From Dehalococcoidia bacterium (GTDB taxonomy: Bacteria; Chloroflexota; Dehalococcoidia; Lucifugimonadales; Lucifugimonadaceae): a stretch of DNA of 64,000 nt. The translations under genes were made by a program, and so were the position numbers. The stretch lies in the NCBI GenBank assembly GCA_009693115.1, contig SHXW01000009.1, forward strand, positions 3,508-67,507. Reading direction: 5' to 3'. A model generated the notes under the pieces. The model was not told the DNA's origin. It did no database searches and was given only the letters and a program-made list of their open reading frames with translations. Of the stretch, positions 36,762 to 45,846 are shown piece by piece (the first letter of the stretch is position 1; every line of letters starts with the position of its first letter).

Positions 36762-38135
36762 CTAGAGTTGCGGGAGATAACGGGCGATCTCGTAATCCGT
36801 CACGGCGCGGGAATAGTCCCGCCATTCGATACGCTTGTTATTTAGATAGCTCTCAAGAACCGCCGGGCCGAGGGCCCTTTTCAAAAGGGCGCTCTTCTCC
36901 GCGACACGAACCGCCTCGTCCAAAGTCGAGGGAAGGCGGCTCACGCCGCGCTTGGCAAGTTCCTCTTCTGACATCGCTTCCAGGTTGCCCTCTATCCGCT
37001 CCGGTAGCGGGTACCCCTGTTCGATTCCCTCAAGTCCAGCCGCCAGCATCACACTGAAGGCCAGGTAAGGGTTGCATGAGGCGTCCGGAGAGCGGTATTC
37101 CACCCTCACGCCCGCCTCTCTTCCTGTCCGGTACGCGGGGACGCGGATGAGGTCCCCCCAGCTACGGCTTGTCCATGAAGCCAGGACCGGAGCTTCAAAC
37201 CCGGGCACGAGCCGCTTATATGAGTTCACCCATGGATTGGTGATGGCCGTGATCTCGGCAGCGTGGCGTATCAGCCCGGCAATGAACTGTTTGCCTGTCT
37301 GAGAGAGCTTCATTTCGTCAGCAGGGTCGTGGAAGGCATTGGCATCGCCGCGGAAGAGCGACATATGAGTGTGCATGCCTGAACCGTGGCGGTCATTGAA
37401 CGGTTTGGGCATGAAGCTGGCGTAAACCCCGCGTTGAGCAGCGATCTCCTTGGCAACGACCCGAAAAGTGATGACCGAGTCCGCCATGGTGAGCGCACCT
37501 GTATGGCGCAGCACGATCTCGTGCTGGCCGCGCGCCACTTCATGATGGCTGTGTTTGACTGGGATGCTCATCTCTTCGAGGGCTAGAACCGTATCCCGCC
37601 TCAGGTCCGGACCGGCGCCATCAGCCGCAGTCTGGTCAAAGTAGCCGCCCCTGTCGAAAGTCTCCGGCGAATCCGGGCCGTTGAGATAGAAGTATTCGAT
37701 CTCCGGGGCGACATAGAACGTGAACCCCATGTCCGCTGCGTGGCGCATGTTCCGACGCAGAACTTCGCGGCTGCAGGCTGCGGCGGCGCGCCCGTCCGGG
37801 GTGCGCACATCGCAGAACATGCGCGCGACGGCATTAGCCTTCGGGCGCCAGGGGAGGATCTGCCAGGTGGTGGGATCTGGCACAGCCACCATGTCTGCCT
37901 CATCCGCTCGAGCCAGACCTTCTATGGAAGCGCCGTCGAAGCTCGCGCCGTTTACTAGCACCTCTTCGAGGTCGTCCACGGTGATGGCGAAACCCTTCAG
38001 GGTGCCGAGGATATCTGTGAACCAGAGACGTATGAACTTGACGTCATGTTCGTGCGCGGACCGCAGGACGTAGTTGACCGCTTCGTCGCTGGACAAAGGA
38101 AGATCTGTGCCGGTCGTGCCTGCTGGCTGCGCCAT
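36762..38135 (-). CDS. glnA: glutamine synthetase type I
   Basis: VKFIRLWFTDILGTLKGF, ...FYVAPEIEYF..., KPFNDRHGSGMHTHMSLF, NSYKRLVPGFEAP, and RVEYRSPDASCNPYLAF. The start is ATG 38135 or GTG 38192. Confidence 0.95.
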   Translation of the reverse strand: MAQPAGTTGTDLPLSSDEAVNYVLRSAHEHDVKFIRLWFTDILGTLKGFAITVDDLEEVLVNGASFDGASIEGLARADEADMVAVPDPTTWQILPWRPKANAVARMFCDVRTPDGRAAAACSREVLRRNMRHAADMGFTFYVAPEIEYFYLNGPDSPETFDRGGYFDQTAADGAGPDLRRDTVLALEEMSIPVKHSHHEVARGQHEIVLRHTGALTMADSVITFRVVAKEIAAQRGVYASFMPKPFNDRHGSGMHTHMSLFRGDANAFHDPADEMKLSQTGKQFIAGLIRHAAEITAITNPWVNSYKRLVPGFEAPVLASWTSRSWGDLIRVPAYRTGREAGVRVEYRSPDASCNPYLAFSVMLAAGLEGIEQGYPLPERIEGNLEAMSEEELAKRGVSRLPSTLDEAVRVAEKSALLKRALGPAVLESYLNNKRIEWRDYSRAVTDYEIARYLPQL

Positions 38136-38223
38136 GGTGGCGATTTCCGCATGCCCGTTGACGCGCAAAGGGCTATTAAACGACCTGCCCACATCAACGC
38201 GGGCGAGATCAGGGTGAACTCCG

Positions 38224-38252
38224 AGTATTCAAGATTGTGAAAGTTTTGTCAA
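38224..38252 (-). promoter_or_regulatory. candidate sigma70-type promoter for glnA
   Basis: On the minus strand: TTGACA (38252-47), 17 nt, AATACT (38229-24), about 85 nt upstream of ATG 38135. Confidence 0.4.
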
Positions 38253-38383
38253 ACGAGTTCAAACCACGCCGCACAGCATCTCAATTCCCGACTCCGGCCA
38301 CTCCTGTGCAACCGGCGAGAGCGGCCGAACGTGAAACAAATCTGTTACATCTGGCGACATGGACAGAACGGACAGCGAGGCGG

Positions 38384-39088
38384 TCATTGACCGGGCGCGC
38401 CACCCTTTTCAGGCCCGCTCTCATCAGGCGACCTGAATCTGTACCCCACGTTCCACACCGTGTCCACGAACCGGTGCTCGAGGTGGTCAATCTTGCTACG
38501 CAACCGCCGGATGTGGACATCAACCGTCCGTGTCCCTCCGAAGTAGTCGTACTCCCACACGCTGCGCAGGAGCGCCTCCCTGCTGAACACTCTGCCGGGG
38601 TTCTGGGCGAGGAACTTCAGGAGTTCATATTCCTTAAACGTGAGGTCAACCTTGCCGCCGTCGAGTGTCACTTCATAACGGTCAACGTCGATCGCGAGCC
38701 CGCCGTGGACGAGGACGTTGGATCCTTCTAGACCTTTACTGCCGCGCACGCGGGCGAGCATTAACCGAACCAGAATCTCTTCAGGCATGACCGGCAGAAA
38801 GCAAAACTCCACCGTGCCCCGGGACAGGTCAATCTTTTGAAAGTCGAACCCGTGGAGAAGGACGGCGACGGTGGTCAGCCCAGCCTCGACGCCTTCAACA
38901 ATTGCTTGCGCCGTTCCCGCGCCATCAGCCGCGGCACCCCATATCAAGGTCGCAGTGGCGCCACTGCGCCGAGCTTCGGCGAGCTGCCCCAGACCAGACT
39001 CCGTGAAGCGGAGGTCCTTTGATTTGAGCGCGGCGAGGAGCCGGAGTGATTCCGGAGGGCCAAAACCTATGAGAGCGATGGTCAGCAT
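38384..39088 (-). CDS. OmpR/PhoB-type winged-helix regulator with a degenerate (pseudo-)receiver domain
   Basis: The C-terminus is a typical trans_reg_C domain ([52 protein letters not shown]...VGYRF). The N-terminal receiver-length domain lacks the acidic pair ([14 protein letters not shown]) and has LPV where KPF is expected ([12 protein letters not shown]). Confidence 0.8.
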   Translation of the reverse strand: MLTIALIGFGPPESLRLLAALKSKDLRFTESGLGQLAEARRSGATATLIWGAAADGAGTAQAIVEGVEAGLTTVAVLLHGFDFQKIDLSRGTVEFCFLPVMPEEILVRLMLARVRGSKGLEGSNVLVHGGLAIDVDRYEVTLDGGKVDLTFKEYELLKFLAQNPGRVFSREALLRSVWEYDYFGGTRTVDVHIRRLRSKIDHLEHRFVDTVWNVGYRFRSPDESGPEKGGAPGQ

Positions 39089-39268
39089 GGTCTACTTGGG
39101 AAGGGTACGCGTTGGAACGGAGGCGCACAATATAAGAGTGCTCGCCCAGTTGTTGGGGACGCGCCCGCGGCCGCCGCCCACATGGAATTGTGGAGGTCTG
39201 ACCAGGCTCCCAACCGTATTCTGGGCTTGCAAAGACCCTTGTCCCGCCGAGCAAGGGTACGAATTCCG

Positions 39269-39298
39269 TTGACGTGCGGGATCAATCGTTCATATAAT
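39269..39298 (+). promoter_or_regulatory. candidate sigma70-type promoter of the rpsL-led ribosomal-protein cluster
   Basis: TTGACG (39269-74), 18 nt, TATAAT (39293-98), about 80 nt upstream of the rpsL ATG. Confidence 0.55.
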
Positions 39299-39376
39299 CA
39301 CGGATTGTGCCTCGGTTCGATCCGGCCGGGGCTACTATTTTCTTTGGCCTTTCGCCAGAGATCAGCCGGAGAATAC

Positions 39377-39799
39377 ATGCCGACGATCAGCCAGTTGATC
39401 AAGAAGCCACGCAAGCCGCTGCGGATGAAGTCTCGGACACCCGCGCTACGGCTTTCCTATAACTCCTTGAACAACAAATCCACGTTCGGACGCAAGGGCA
39501 GCCCCCAGAAGAGGGGGGTCTGCCTTCAGGTGCGTACAATGACTCCGAAGAAGCCGAATTCGGCTCTGCGGAAGATTGCGCGTGTGCGCCTGTCAAACGG
39601 CATGGAAGTCACGGCGTACATCCCAGGCGAGGGCCACAACCTGCAGGAGCACTCTGTTGTGCTCCTCCGCGGCGGCCGAGTCCCTGACCTCCCAGGTGTG
39701 CGCTACCACATTGTCCGTGGCACACTGGACACAGGCGGAGTCGAAAACCGCAAGCAGGGCCGTAGCAAATACGGGACTGCGCACAAGCAGGCTTCCTAG
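39377..39799 (+). CDS. rpsL: 30S ribosomal protein S12
   Basis: [13 protein letters not shown]...[24 protein letters not shown]...[32 protein letters not shown]. This is the long form, with the ~15-aa [15 protein letters not shown] insert also seen in Bacillus-type S12. The track ORF start at 39182 is spurious. Confidence 0.97.
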   Translation: MPTISQLIKKPRKPLRMKSRTPALRLSYNSLNNKSTFGRKGSPQKRGVCLQVRTMTPKKPNSALRKIARVRLSNGMEVTAYIPGEGHNLQEHSVVLLRGGRVPDLPGVRYHIVRGTLDTGGVENRKQGRSKYGTAHKQAS

Positions 39800-39879
39800 C
39801 AACCTAACCGTTTAGCCGCCTGCTTCGGGCTGGAAAGTGCCCGGGCAGGCGGTTCGGCGTGTAAAAGAGGCATTAAGAA

Positions 39880-40350
39880 ATGGCACGTCGCCGCAGGGCT
39901 GACCCAAGAGTGGCGCCTCCGGATCCCAAGTACGGGAACCCGGACGTCTCAAAGTTCATTAACCGCATGATGAAGCACGGTAAGAAATCGACCGCGCGAG
40001 AGATCATGTACTCGGCGCTCACCATGCTGGAGAAGGAAACCAACCGGCCCGCCGTGGAGGTGCTCGAGCTGGCTCTACGCAACAGCATGCCCATGCTGGA
40101 GGTCAAGCCGCGCCGCGTTGGCGGTGCGACGTACCAGGTGCCTGTAGAAGTCCGGCTGGAGCGCAGACTCGCACTGGCCCAGCGGTGGCTGATCGAGGCC
40201 GCCCGGGGTCGCGGCGGCAAGCCCATGGCAGAAAAACTGTACGCAGAACTGTTGGATGCTTCGCGGGGCCAGGGCAACGCAGCCCGGCGCCGGGAAGAAC
40301 TTCACCGCATGGCAGAGGCCAACCGGGCATTCGTGCACTTCCGCTGGTAA
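39880..40350 (+). CDS. rpsG: 30S ribosomal protein S7
   Basis: MARRRRA...DPKYGNPDVSKFINRMMKHGKKSTAREI...ATYQVPVEV...EANRAFVHFRW. Confidence 0.97.
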   Translation: MARRRRADPRVAPPDPKYGNPDVSKFINRMMKHGKKSTAREIMYSALTMLEKETNRPAVEVLELALRNSMPMLEVKPRRVGGATYQVPVEVRLERRLALAQRWLIEAARGRGGKPMAEKLYAELLDASRGQGNAARRREELHRMAEANRAFVHFRW

Positions 40351-40411
40351 GCCATTCACTGACCAGTGGCGGCCGTGCCCCAACCCTATCGAACCCTGAA
40401 GCAGTTGAGAA

Positions 40412-42496
40412 ATGTCGACGACTATGACTACCAAACCGGCAAAAGTGGACCTGAACAAGGTCCGCAACATGGGCATCATTGCCCACATAGACGCCGGCAA
40501 AACCACGACGTCCGAGCAGGTGCTCTTCTTCACTGGCCGTACTTACAAGATCGGCAACATTGATGAAGGCACGACTGTCATGGACTTCATGGAGCTCGAG
40601 CGCGAGCGTGGCATCACGATTGGCTCTGCCGCCACGACCACAGAGTGGGCGGGTTATACGCTCAACCTGATCGACACCCCCGGGCACGTTGACTTCACTG
40701 CAGAGGTCGAGCGCTCGCTCCGCGTCCTGGACGGCGGAGTCGTCGTTCTGGATGCTGTGGCCGGCGTTCAGCCCCAGTCTGAGACAGTATGGCGCCAGGC
40801 AGACCGCCACAAGGTGCCGCGCCTCGTCTTCGTGAACAAGATGGACCGCCTCGGGGCAGATTTCGAGGCTGCTGTACAGTCCATCCACCGCCGCATGGAA
40901 GCCAACGCAGTACCGATCCAGATCCCCATCGGCGCAGAGGGCAAATTCCAGGGGATGATTGATCTCATCTCCAAGACGGCCTTTATCTATGACAACCCGG
41001 ACCCGGTCATCCACAGGGAGGCACCGGTTCCGGATGCCCTCAAGGACACGGTGGAAGTCCACCGCAAGCACCTGATCGAAAAGATCGCAGAGACGGACGA
41101 TGATCTGCTGGTGCGCTATCTGGACGGCAAAGAGCTTTCCGGCGAAGAGCTCCGAGCCGCCCTTCGCCGCGCCGTGATCAACATGAAAATATTCCCTGTC
41201 GTCTGTGGGTCCGCGCTGCGCCACCGCGGCATCCACCCGCTGCTGGACGCGGTAATCGCGTACCTCCCATCCCCCCTCGACAAACCTCCGGTAATGGCGT
41301 CCGACACCAAGAATGAAGAGAAGAAGGTCGAGCGGCGGGCTGACGTTACGGCCCCTCTTTCCGCTCTGGCATTCAAGGTCGTCACGGACCAGCACGTAGG
41401 GCGCCTTGTTTATATCCGCGTATATTCCGGCACGCTCGAAGCTGGCGCTGCGGTTTATGACCCGTCAACCAGAGACCGGGAGCGAGTAGGCCGCCTGTTG
41501 CGGATGTACGCAGACCGACGTGAGGACATCAAGTCGGCGGGCGCCGGTGAGATTGTCGCTGCCATCGGGTTGAAGAACGTCTTCACCGGACATACCCTTT
41601 GCTCAATCGACCAACCAGTCCTGCTAGAGGCCATCAAGTTCCCTGAGCCTGTCCTCTCGGTCGCAGTAGAGCCAAAGACACGCAGCGACCAGGACAAGAT
41701 GACCGCCGCCCTCGTCCGCTTCGCTGACGAGGACCCGACACTCAAAGTCGCGACGGACCCCGAGAGCGCCCAGATCATCCTGTCAGGAATGGGCGAACTC
41801 CACCTGGATGTCATAGTCGAGCGCATGAGGCGCGAGTTCAAGGTCGAAGCGACGGTGGGTGCGCCGCGAGTCGCCTACCGGGAGACGATCGCGCGCGTCG
41901 CCGAGGCGCAGGGACGGTTCATCCGGCAGACGGGCGGCCACGGCCAGTTCGGCGACGTCACGTTGCGCCTGGAACCGCTGGAGCGCGGCGGCGGGATACA
42001 ATTCGAAAACGAAATATCCGGAGCGGTTCTACCGAAAGAGTATTACGGACCGATCGAAGCCGGATTCAGAGAGGCCGCCCATGGCGGTATCGTGGCTGGC
42101 TTCCAGTGTGTGGACCTGAAGGCTGTGCTGACAGACGGTTCCTACCATGAGGTTGACTCTTCGGAGATGGCCTTCAAGGTGGCGGCGTCAATGGCCTTCA
42201 AGGCGGCAGCAGCCAAGGCAACCCCGATCATCCTCGAACCCGTCATGAAGATGGAAGTGATATCGCCGTCCGATTTCCTCGGCGAAGTGCTGGGGGACCT
42301 CAGCTCCCGTCGGGCGCAGATCATCTCAATGGAAGGGACCGCCGGGACGCAGATCGTTCTGGCGTACATCCCCCTCGCCGAGACGTTCCAGTACGCGACC
42401 AAGCTGCGGTCTCTGACCACCGGGCGCGCGAGCTTCGTTCAGGAGCTGCACCACTACGCGCCGGCGCCGAAGAGCCTGCTCGAGAAGAAGACCTAG
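40412..42496 (+). CDS. fusA: elongation factor G
   Basis: VRNMGIIAHIDAGKTTTSE, DTPGHVDFT, NKMD, ...DGSYHEVDSSEMAFKVAA.... Position after rpsL-rpsG. Confidence 0.97.
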   Translation: MSTTMTTKPAKVDLNKVRNMGIIAHIDAGKTTTSEQVLFFTGRTYKIGNIDEGTTVMDFMELERERGITIGSAATTTEWAGYTLNLIDTPGHVDFTAEVERSLRVLDGGVVVLDAVAGVQPQSETVWRQADRHKVPRLVFVNKMDRLGADFEAAVQSIHRRMEANAVPIQIPIGAEGKFQGMIDLISKTAFIYDNPDPVIHREAPVPDALKDTVEVHRKHLIEKIAETDDDLLVRYLDGKELSGEELRAALRRAVINMKIFPVVCGSALRHRGIHPLLDAVIAYLPSPLDKPPVMASDTKNEEKKVERRADVTAPLSALAFKVVTDQHVGRLVYIRVYSGTLEAGAAVYDPSTRDRERVGRLLRMYADRREDIKSAGAGEIVAAIGLKNVFTGHTLCSIDQPVLLEAIKFPEPVLSVAVEPKTRSDQDKMTAALVRFADEDPTLKVATDPESAQIILSGMGELHLDVIVERMRREFKVEATVGAPRVAYRETIARVAEAQGRFIRQTGGHGQFGDVTLRLEPLERGGGIQFENEISGAVLPKEYYGPIEAGFREAAHGGIVAGFQCVDLKAVLTDGSYHEVDSSEMAFKVAASMAFKAAAAKATPIILEPVMKMEVISPSDFLGEVLGDLSSRRAQIISMEGTAGTQIVLAYIPLAETFQYATKLRSLTTGRASFVQELHHYAPAPKSLLEKKT

Positions 42497-42508
42497 AGGT
42501 ACGCCCAA

Positions 42509-42817
42509 ATGCCCGGACAGAAGATTCGCATAGTCCTGAAGTCCTTTGACCACCGTGTGCTGGACATGTCTGCTCAGCAGATAATGGAAGCCGCGGAGCG
42601 CACAGGCGCGCAGGTGGCCGGGCCAGTGCCCATGCCTACCTCCATCCGCCGCTTCTGCGTGATCCGGTCGCCGCACATTGACAAGGACTCGCGCGAGCAC
42701 TTTGAACTGCGGGTGCACAAGCGAGTGATCGACATCGTCGAGCCGACCTCAAAGACGGTTGACTCTCTGACCCGCCTGAACGTTCCGGCGGGAGTGGACA
42801 TAGCCATAAAGTTGTAG
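42509..42817 (+). CDS. rpsJ: 30S ribosomal protein S10
   Basis: [22 protein letters not shown]...[39 protein letters not shown]. It starts 12 nt after the fusA stop. Confidence 0.97.
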   Translation: MPGQKIRIVLKSFDHRVLDMSAQQIMEAAERTGAQVAGPVPMPTSIRRFCVIRSPHIDKDSREHFELRVHKRVIDIVEPTSKTVDSLTRLNVPAGVDIAIKL

Positions 42818-42823
42818 GACACA

Positions 42824-42844
42824 CCCTCTCCCGCCGGGAGGGGG
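42824..42844 (+). repeat. hairpin repeat CCCTCTCCC-gcc-GGGAGGGGG (core CTCCC-GCC-GGGAG) in the rpsJ-rplC spacer
   Basis: Stem of up to 9 bp starting 7 nt after the rpsJ stop. A second bulged hairpin GAGGGCGAG/CTCGCCTC follows at 42852-42873. Confidence 0.6.
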
Positions 42845-42886
42845 CACCGATGAGGGCGAGGACAACTCGCCTCCCAGGTAACAGAC

Positions 42887-43627
42887 ATGACAATTTCAGG
42901 CCTGCTTGGCAGGAAAATCGGGATGACAACGTACTACCGCGAAGACGGCAGCACACAGGCTGTAACCGCCATCGAGGTCGGCCCCTGCGTGATCACGCAG
43001 GTGAAGACGAAGGCGCGCGATGGTTATGAGGCTGTGCAGATTGGTTTCGGCAAGGCCAAGAACCTTTCCAAGCCCGAGGCCGGCCACCTTGAGCGCTCCG
43101 GCGGGCGGTTCATGCACCTGCAGGAATATAAGGTGAAGGATCTCGGCGAGTTCGAGGTTGGAAAGACGCTGAAGGTGGACGTCTTCCAGGCCGGAGAGAT
43201 CGTCCGGGTCACGGGCCGTTCGCGCGGCATGGGTTTCCAGGGCGGAGTGAAACGCCACAACTTCCACGGCGGGCCCAAGACCCATGGCCAGTCGGACCGC
43301 CAGCGAGCGCCCGGTTCTATCGGCTCCACGACGTCTCCGGGCCACGTTTGGAAGGGCACCAAGATGGCCAGCCACATGGGCAATGCCCAGGTGACTATCC
43401 GCAGTCTGGAGATCGTAAAGACGGACCCGGAAAAGAACATCCTGCTAATCAGCGGGGCCGTACCCGGGTCTGCGAACGGGATCGTGAGCATAGAGAAGCT
43501 TGGCAGGATGAAAAAGAAGCCCATCGTGCAGAAGAAGGATGATCGGAAGCCCGGTCAGGCCAAGACAGCAGGCGGCGGGGCAGCCGCAGCCAGGCCTGCA
43601 GCGGCCGCGGCCAAACCGAAGAAGTAA
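42887..43627 (+). CDS. rplC: 50S ribosomal protein L3
   Basis: GLLGRKIGMTTYYREDG...FQGGVKRHNFHGGPKTHGQSDRQRAPGSIG. It has a C-terminal Lys/Ala-rich tail of about 37 aa. Confidence 0.97.
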   Translation: MTISGLLGRKIGMTTYYREDGSTQAVTAIEVGPCVITQVKTKARDGYEAVQIGFGKAKNLSKPEAGHLERSGGRFMHLQEYKVKDLGEFEVGKTLKVDVFQAGEIVRVTGRSRGMGFQGGVKRHNFHGGPKTHGQSDRQRAPGSIGSTTSPGHVWKGTKMASHMGNAQVTIRSLEIVKTDPEKNILLISGAVPGSANGIVSIEKLGRMKKKPIVQKKDDRKPGQAKTAGGGAAAARPAAAAAKPKK

Positions 43628-43707
43628 CGCATCTCTAATCCCGTCTCTGTGGCTAGGCCATGAAGGTGGGGAGTGATAGTCAGACCATAGTCAGACCGAG
43701 GTCTCCG

Positions 43708-44334
43708 GTGGAACTCCAGGTTAAAAACAACAAAGGCGAAGTCGTCCATTCCATACAGGCCAGCGACGCCGTATGGGGGGCGGATCCCAACAACGCAGTG
43801 CTGCACCAGGCAGTTGTGGCCCAACAGGCCAACCGCCGTCAAGGCACGCATTCGACGCTCCGCCGCATGGATGTCGAATATTCCACAGTCAAGCTGCGTG
43901 CGCAAAAACACACGGGGCGTGCCCGCCTGGGCAGCCGTGGCTCGCCTTCAATGGGCGGCTCTGTCGCGCACGGGCCGCACCCGCGCAGTTACCGACAGGA
44001 CTTGCCGAAGAAGATGCGGAGGCTTGCCCTCCGTGTGGCCCTTTCTGACAAGCTCCGTGAGAACTCCATCATCGTCCTTGACGGCCTGAAGATGGACAAG
44101 CCTCAGACCAAACAGGTTACGGAGATCATCAAGGGGCTGGGCCTGAAGGGGACGACCCTGATCATCACATCTGCGACCGATCAGATAGTAATCAAGTCTG
44201 CCTCCAACGTCCCTGACGTGGAAGTGCTGGCTGCGCCCCTTCTGAACCCACTTCAGGCGGTGAAGGCGCGTAACCTGGTCATTACCGAGGACGCCGTCAG
44301 GGTTGTGGACAGCATCTGGGGGGAGAAGTCATGA
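43708..44334 (+). CDS. rplD: 50S ribosomal protein L4
   Basis: GTG 43708 gives (M)ELQVKNNKGE..., matching the canonical MEL.. N-terminus, with GAGG 6 nt upstream. The track ATG 43660 is an alternative. ...QKHTGRARLGSRGSP.... Confidence 0.93.
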   Translation: MELQVKNNKGEVVHSIQASDAVWGADPNNAVLHQAVVAQQANRRQGTHSTLRRMDVEYSTVKLRAQKHTGRARLGSRGSPSMGGSVAHGPHPRSYRQDLPKKMRRLALRVALSDKLRENSIIVLDGLKMDKPQTKQVTEIIKGLGLKGTTLIITSATDQIVIKSASNVPDVEVLAAPLLNPLQAVKARNLVITEDAVRVVDSIWGEKS

Positions 44335-44615
44335 ACTTGTCCAGAGTGCTGGTTCGCCCCATGATTACAGAGAAAAGCACCCTCCTGAACGAACAGGGCA
44401 GGTATGTCTTTGAGATCGCCATCGGCGCCACCAAGGCTGACGTGGCACTGGCCGTCTCGAAGGCGTTCAACGTGACTGTAACCTCCGTGAACACCATGAA
44501 TGTCCGCGGCAAAATGAAGCGCTTTGGCCGTAAGGTGACAAAGCAGCCGGACACGCGTAAAGCCATAGTCGCTCTGAAGCCGGGCGACAAGATCCAGCTC
44601 TTCGAGGGAGCCTAA
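44331..44615 (+). CDS. rplW: 50S ribosomal protein L23
   Basis: VLVRPMITEKSTLLNEQGRYVFEI...VNTMNVRGKMKRFGR...KAIVALKPG. It overlaps the rplD stop (ATGA). Confidence 0.95.
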   Translation: MNLSRVLVRPMITEKSTLLNEQGRYVFEIAIGATKADVALAVSKAFNVTVTSVNTMNVRGKMKRFGRKVTKQPDTRKAIVALKPGDKIQLFEGA

Positions 44616-44619
44616 CCTC

Positions 44620-45447
44620 ATGGGCATGCGAACAATAAAACCTACGTCTAACAGCCGCCGCAATACGGTGCTGCCTGACTTTTCGGAACTTACCGGTGAC
44701 CGGCCCGAAAAGACGCTCCTGTCTGACAAGCGTGAGCGCGCTGGCCGCAACAACAACGGCCGCGTCACCACACGTCACCGGGGTTCCGGGGCAAAACGTC
44801 AGTACCGGATCATTGACTTCAAGCGGGACCACAAGCGGCCCGGGAAGGTCATGACCATCGAGTACGACCCGAACCGCAACGCGCGCATCTCCCTCATCCA
44901 GTACCCGGACGGCGAGAAGCGCTACATGGTTGCCTTTGAGGGGATCAAGGTCGGTCAGACGGTGAGCGCGGGCGAAGGCGTTGAACTCGTGAACGGCAAC
45001 TCGCTCTTCCTCAACGGCATCCCGGTAGGTACATACATCCACAACCTGGAGGTTTCACCGGGTAACGGGGCGAAACTGGTGCGGTCAGCTGGTGCGATCG
45101 CCCAGATCATGGCACAGGAGGGCAGGTACACCCTGATCCGCCTGCCATCGGGCGAGGTGCGCCGGCTGCTTTCGACCTGCCGCGCGACCATCGGCCAGGT
45201 CGGGAACATTGACCATAAGCACATCAAGCTCGGCAAGGCGGGGCGAGCGCGCCACATGGGCCTCCGGCCTGAAGTGCGTGGTGCGGTAATGAGCCCGCGC
45301 GACCACCCGCACGGCGGTGGAGAAGGCCGCAATGGAGCAGGCATGCCGCACCGCAAGACAAAGTGGGGCAAGGCAGCCCTGGGCCCCCGGACCCGCGATA
45401 ACAACCGCACTGACCGGCTCATCCTGCGACACCGTTACCAGAAGTAA
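44620..45447 (+). CDS. rplB: 50S ribosomal protein L2
   Basis: KPTSNSRRNT..., GRNNNGRVTTRHRGSGAKRQYRIIDF, ...RGAVMSPRDHPHGGGEGR.... Confidence 0.97.
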   Translation: MGMRTIKPTSNSRRNTVLPDFSELTGDRPEKTLLSDKRERAGRNNNGRVTTRHRGSGAKRQYRIIDFKRDHKRPGKVMTIEYDPNRNARISLIQYPDGEKRYMVAFEGIKVGQTVSAGEGVELVNGNSLFLNGIPVGTYIHNLEVSPGNGAKLVRSAGAIAQIMAQEGRYTLIRLPSGEVRRLLSTCRATIGQVGNIDHKHIKLGKAGRARHMGLRPEVRGAVMSPRDHPHGGGEGRNGAGMPHRKTKWGKAALGPRTRDNNRTDRLILRHRYQK

Positions 45448-45460
45448 TCAGGCAGTCCAC

Positions 45461-45496
45461 CTGTCAGCTCCCGCCGGGAGAGGACACGGGTGACAG
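45461..45496 (+). repeat. hairpin repeat with core CTCCC-GCC-GGGAG in the rplB-rpsS spacer
   Basis: The core at 45468-45480 is identical to the one at 42828-42840. It is flanked by an outer stem CTGTCA(45461-66)/TGACAG(45491-96). Confidence 0.55.
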
Positions 45497-45511
45497 CGAG
45501 AAAAGCAAAAC

Positions 45512-45814
45512 ATGTCTCGTTCCGTACGAAAAGGGCCATTCATAGACGCCAAGCTGTCCAAGCGGGTCGCGCTGGCCCAGAAGGCGTCTTCCCGCAGCCC
45601 CATCCGCACTTACTCGCGCGCTTCGACGATCATGCCGGAGATGGTGGGCATGACCATCGCTGTACACGACGGACGGCGCTTTGTGCCCGTCCTGATCACT
45701 GAAAACATGGTCGGGCACAGGCTGGGTGAGTTTTCACCCACTCGCACCTTCCGCGGCCACTCAACACGGACCGACCGTACCACCGCCGTCGCCGCCCCGG
45801 GCGGCGCCCGGTAG
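45512..45814 (+). CDS. rpsS: 30S ribosomal protein S19
   Basis: [15 protein letters not shown]...[50 protein letters not shown]. Confidence 0.97.
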   Translation: MSRSVRKGPFIDAKLSKRVALAQKASSRSPIRTYSRASTIMPEMVGMTIAVHDGRRFVPVLITENMVGHRLGEFSPTRTFRGHSTRTDRTTAVAAPGGAR

Positions 45815-45846
45815 AGCAGACGCAACACAGGGACCTGGAGATAGCA

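Noticed and set aside
39235-39258. Hairpin ACCCTTG-N10-CAAGGGT just upstream of the predicted rpsL promoter
   Set aside because: No upstream co-directional gene exists for it to terminate, because the neighbouring regulator gene is divergent. There is no U-tract. It may be fortuitous, so it is not reported as a feature.
39314-39323. GGTTCGATCC, a tRNA T-loop-like string in the rpsL leader
   Set aside because: The flanking sequence cannot form a 5-bp T-stem, an acceptor stem or an anticodon arm. It lies in the predicted 5' UTR of rpsL. It is not a tRNA.
40103-41395. 430-aa ORF antisense to fusA. Similar antisense or out-of-frame ORFs occur at 47597..48529, 51997..52785, 29479..30462, 27570..28190 and 2011..2664.
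   Set aside because: Each lies entirely opposite or out of frame to a strongly conserved gene (fusA, rpsQ-rplN-rplX, rplO, hydrolase/nadE, GMC oxidoreductase). The composition is Arg/Gly/Pro-biased and no motifs are present. I judge them non-coding.
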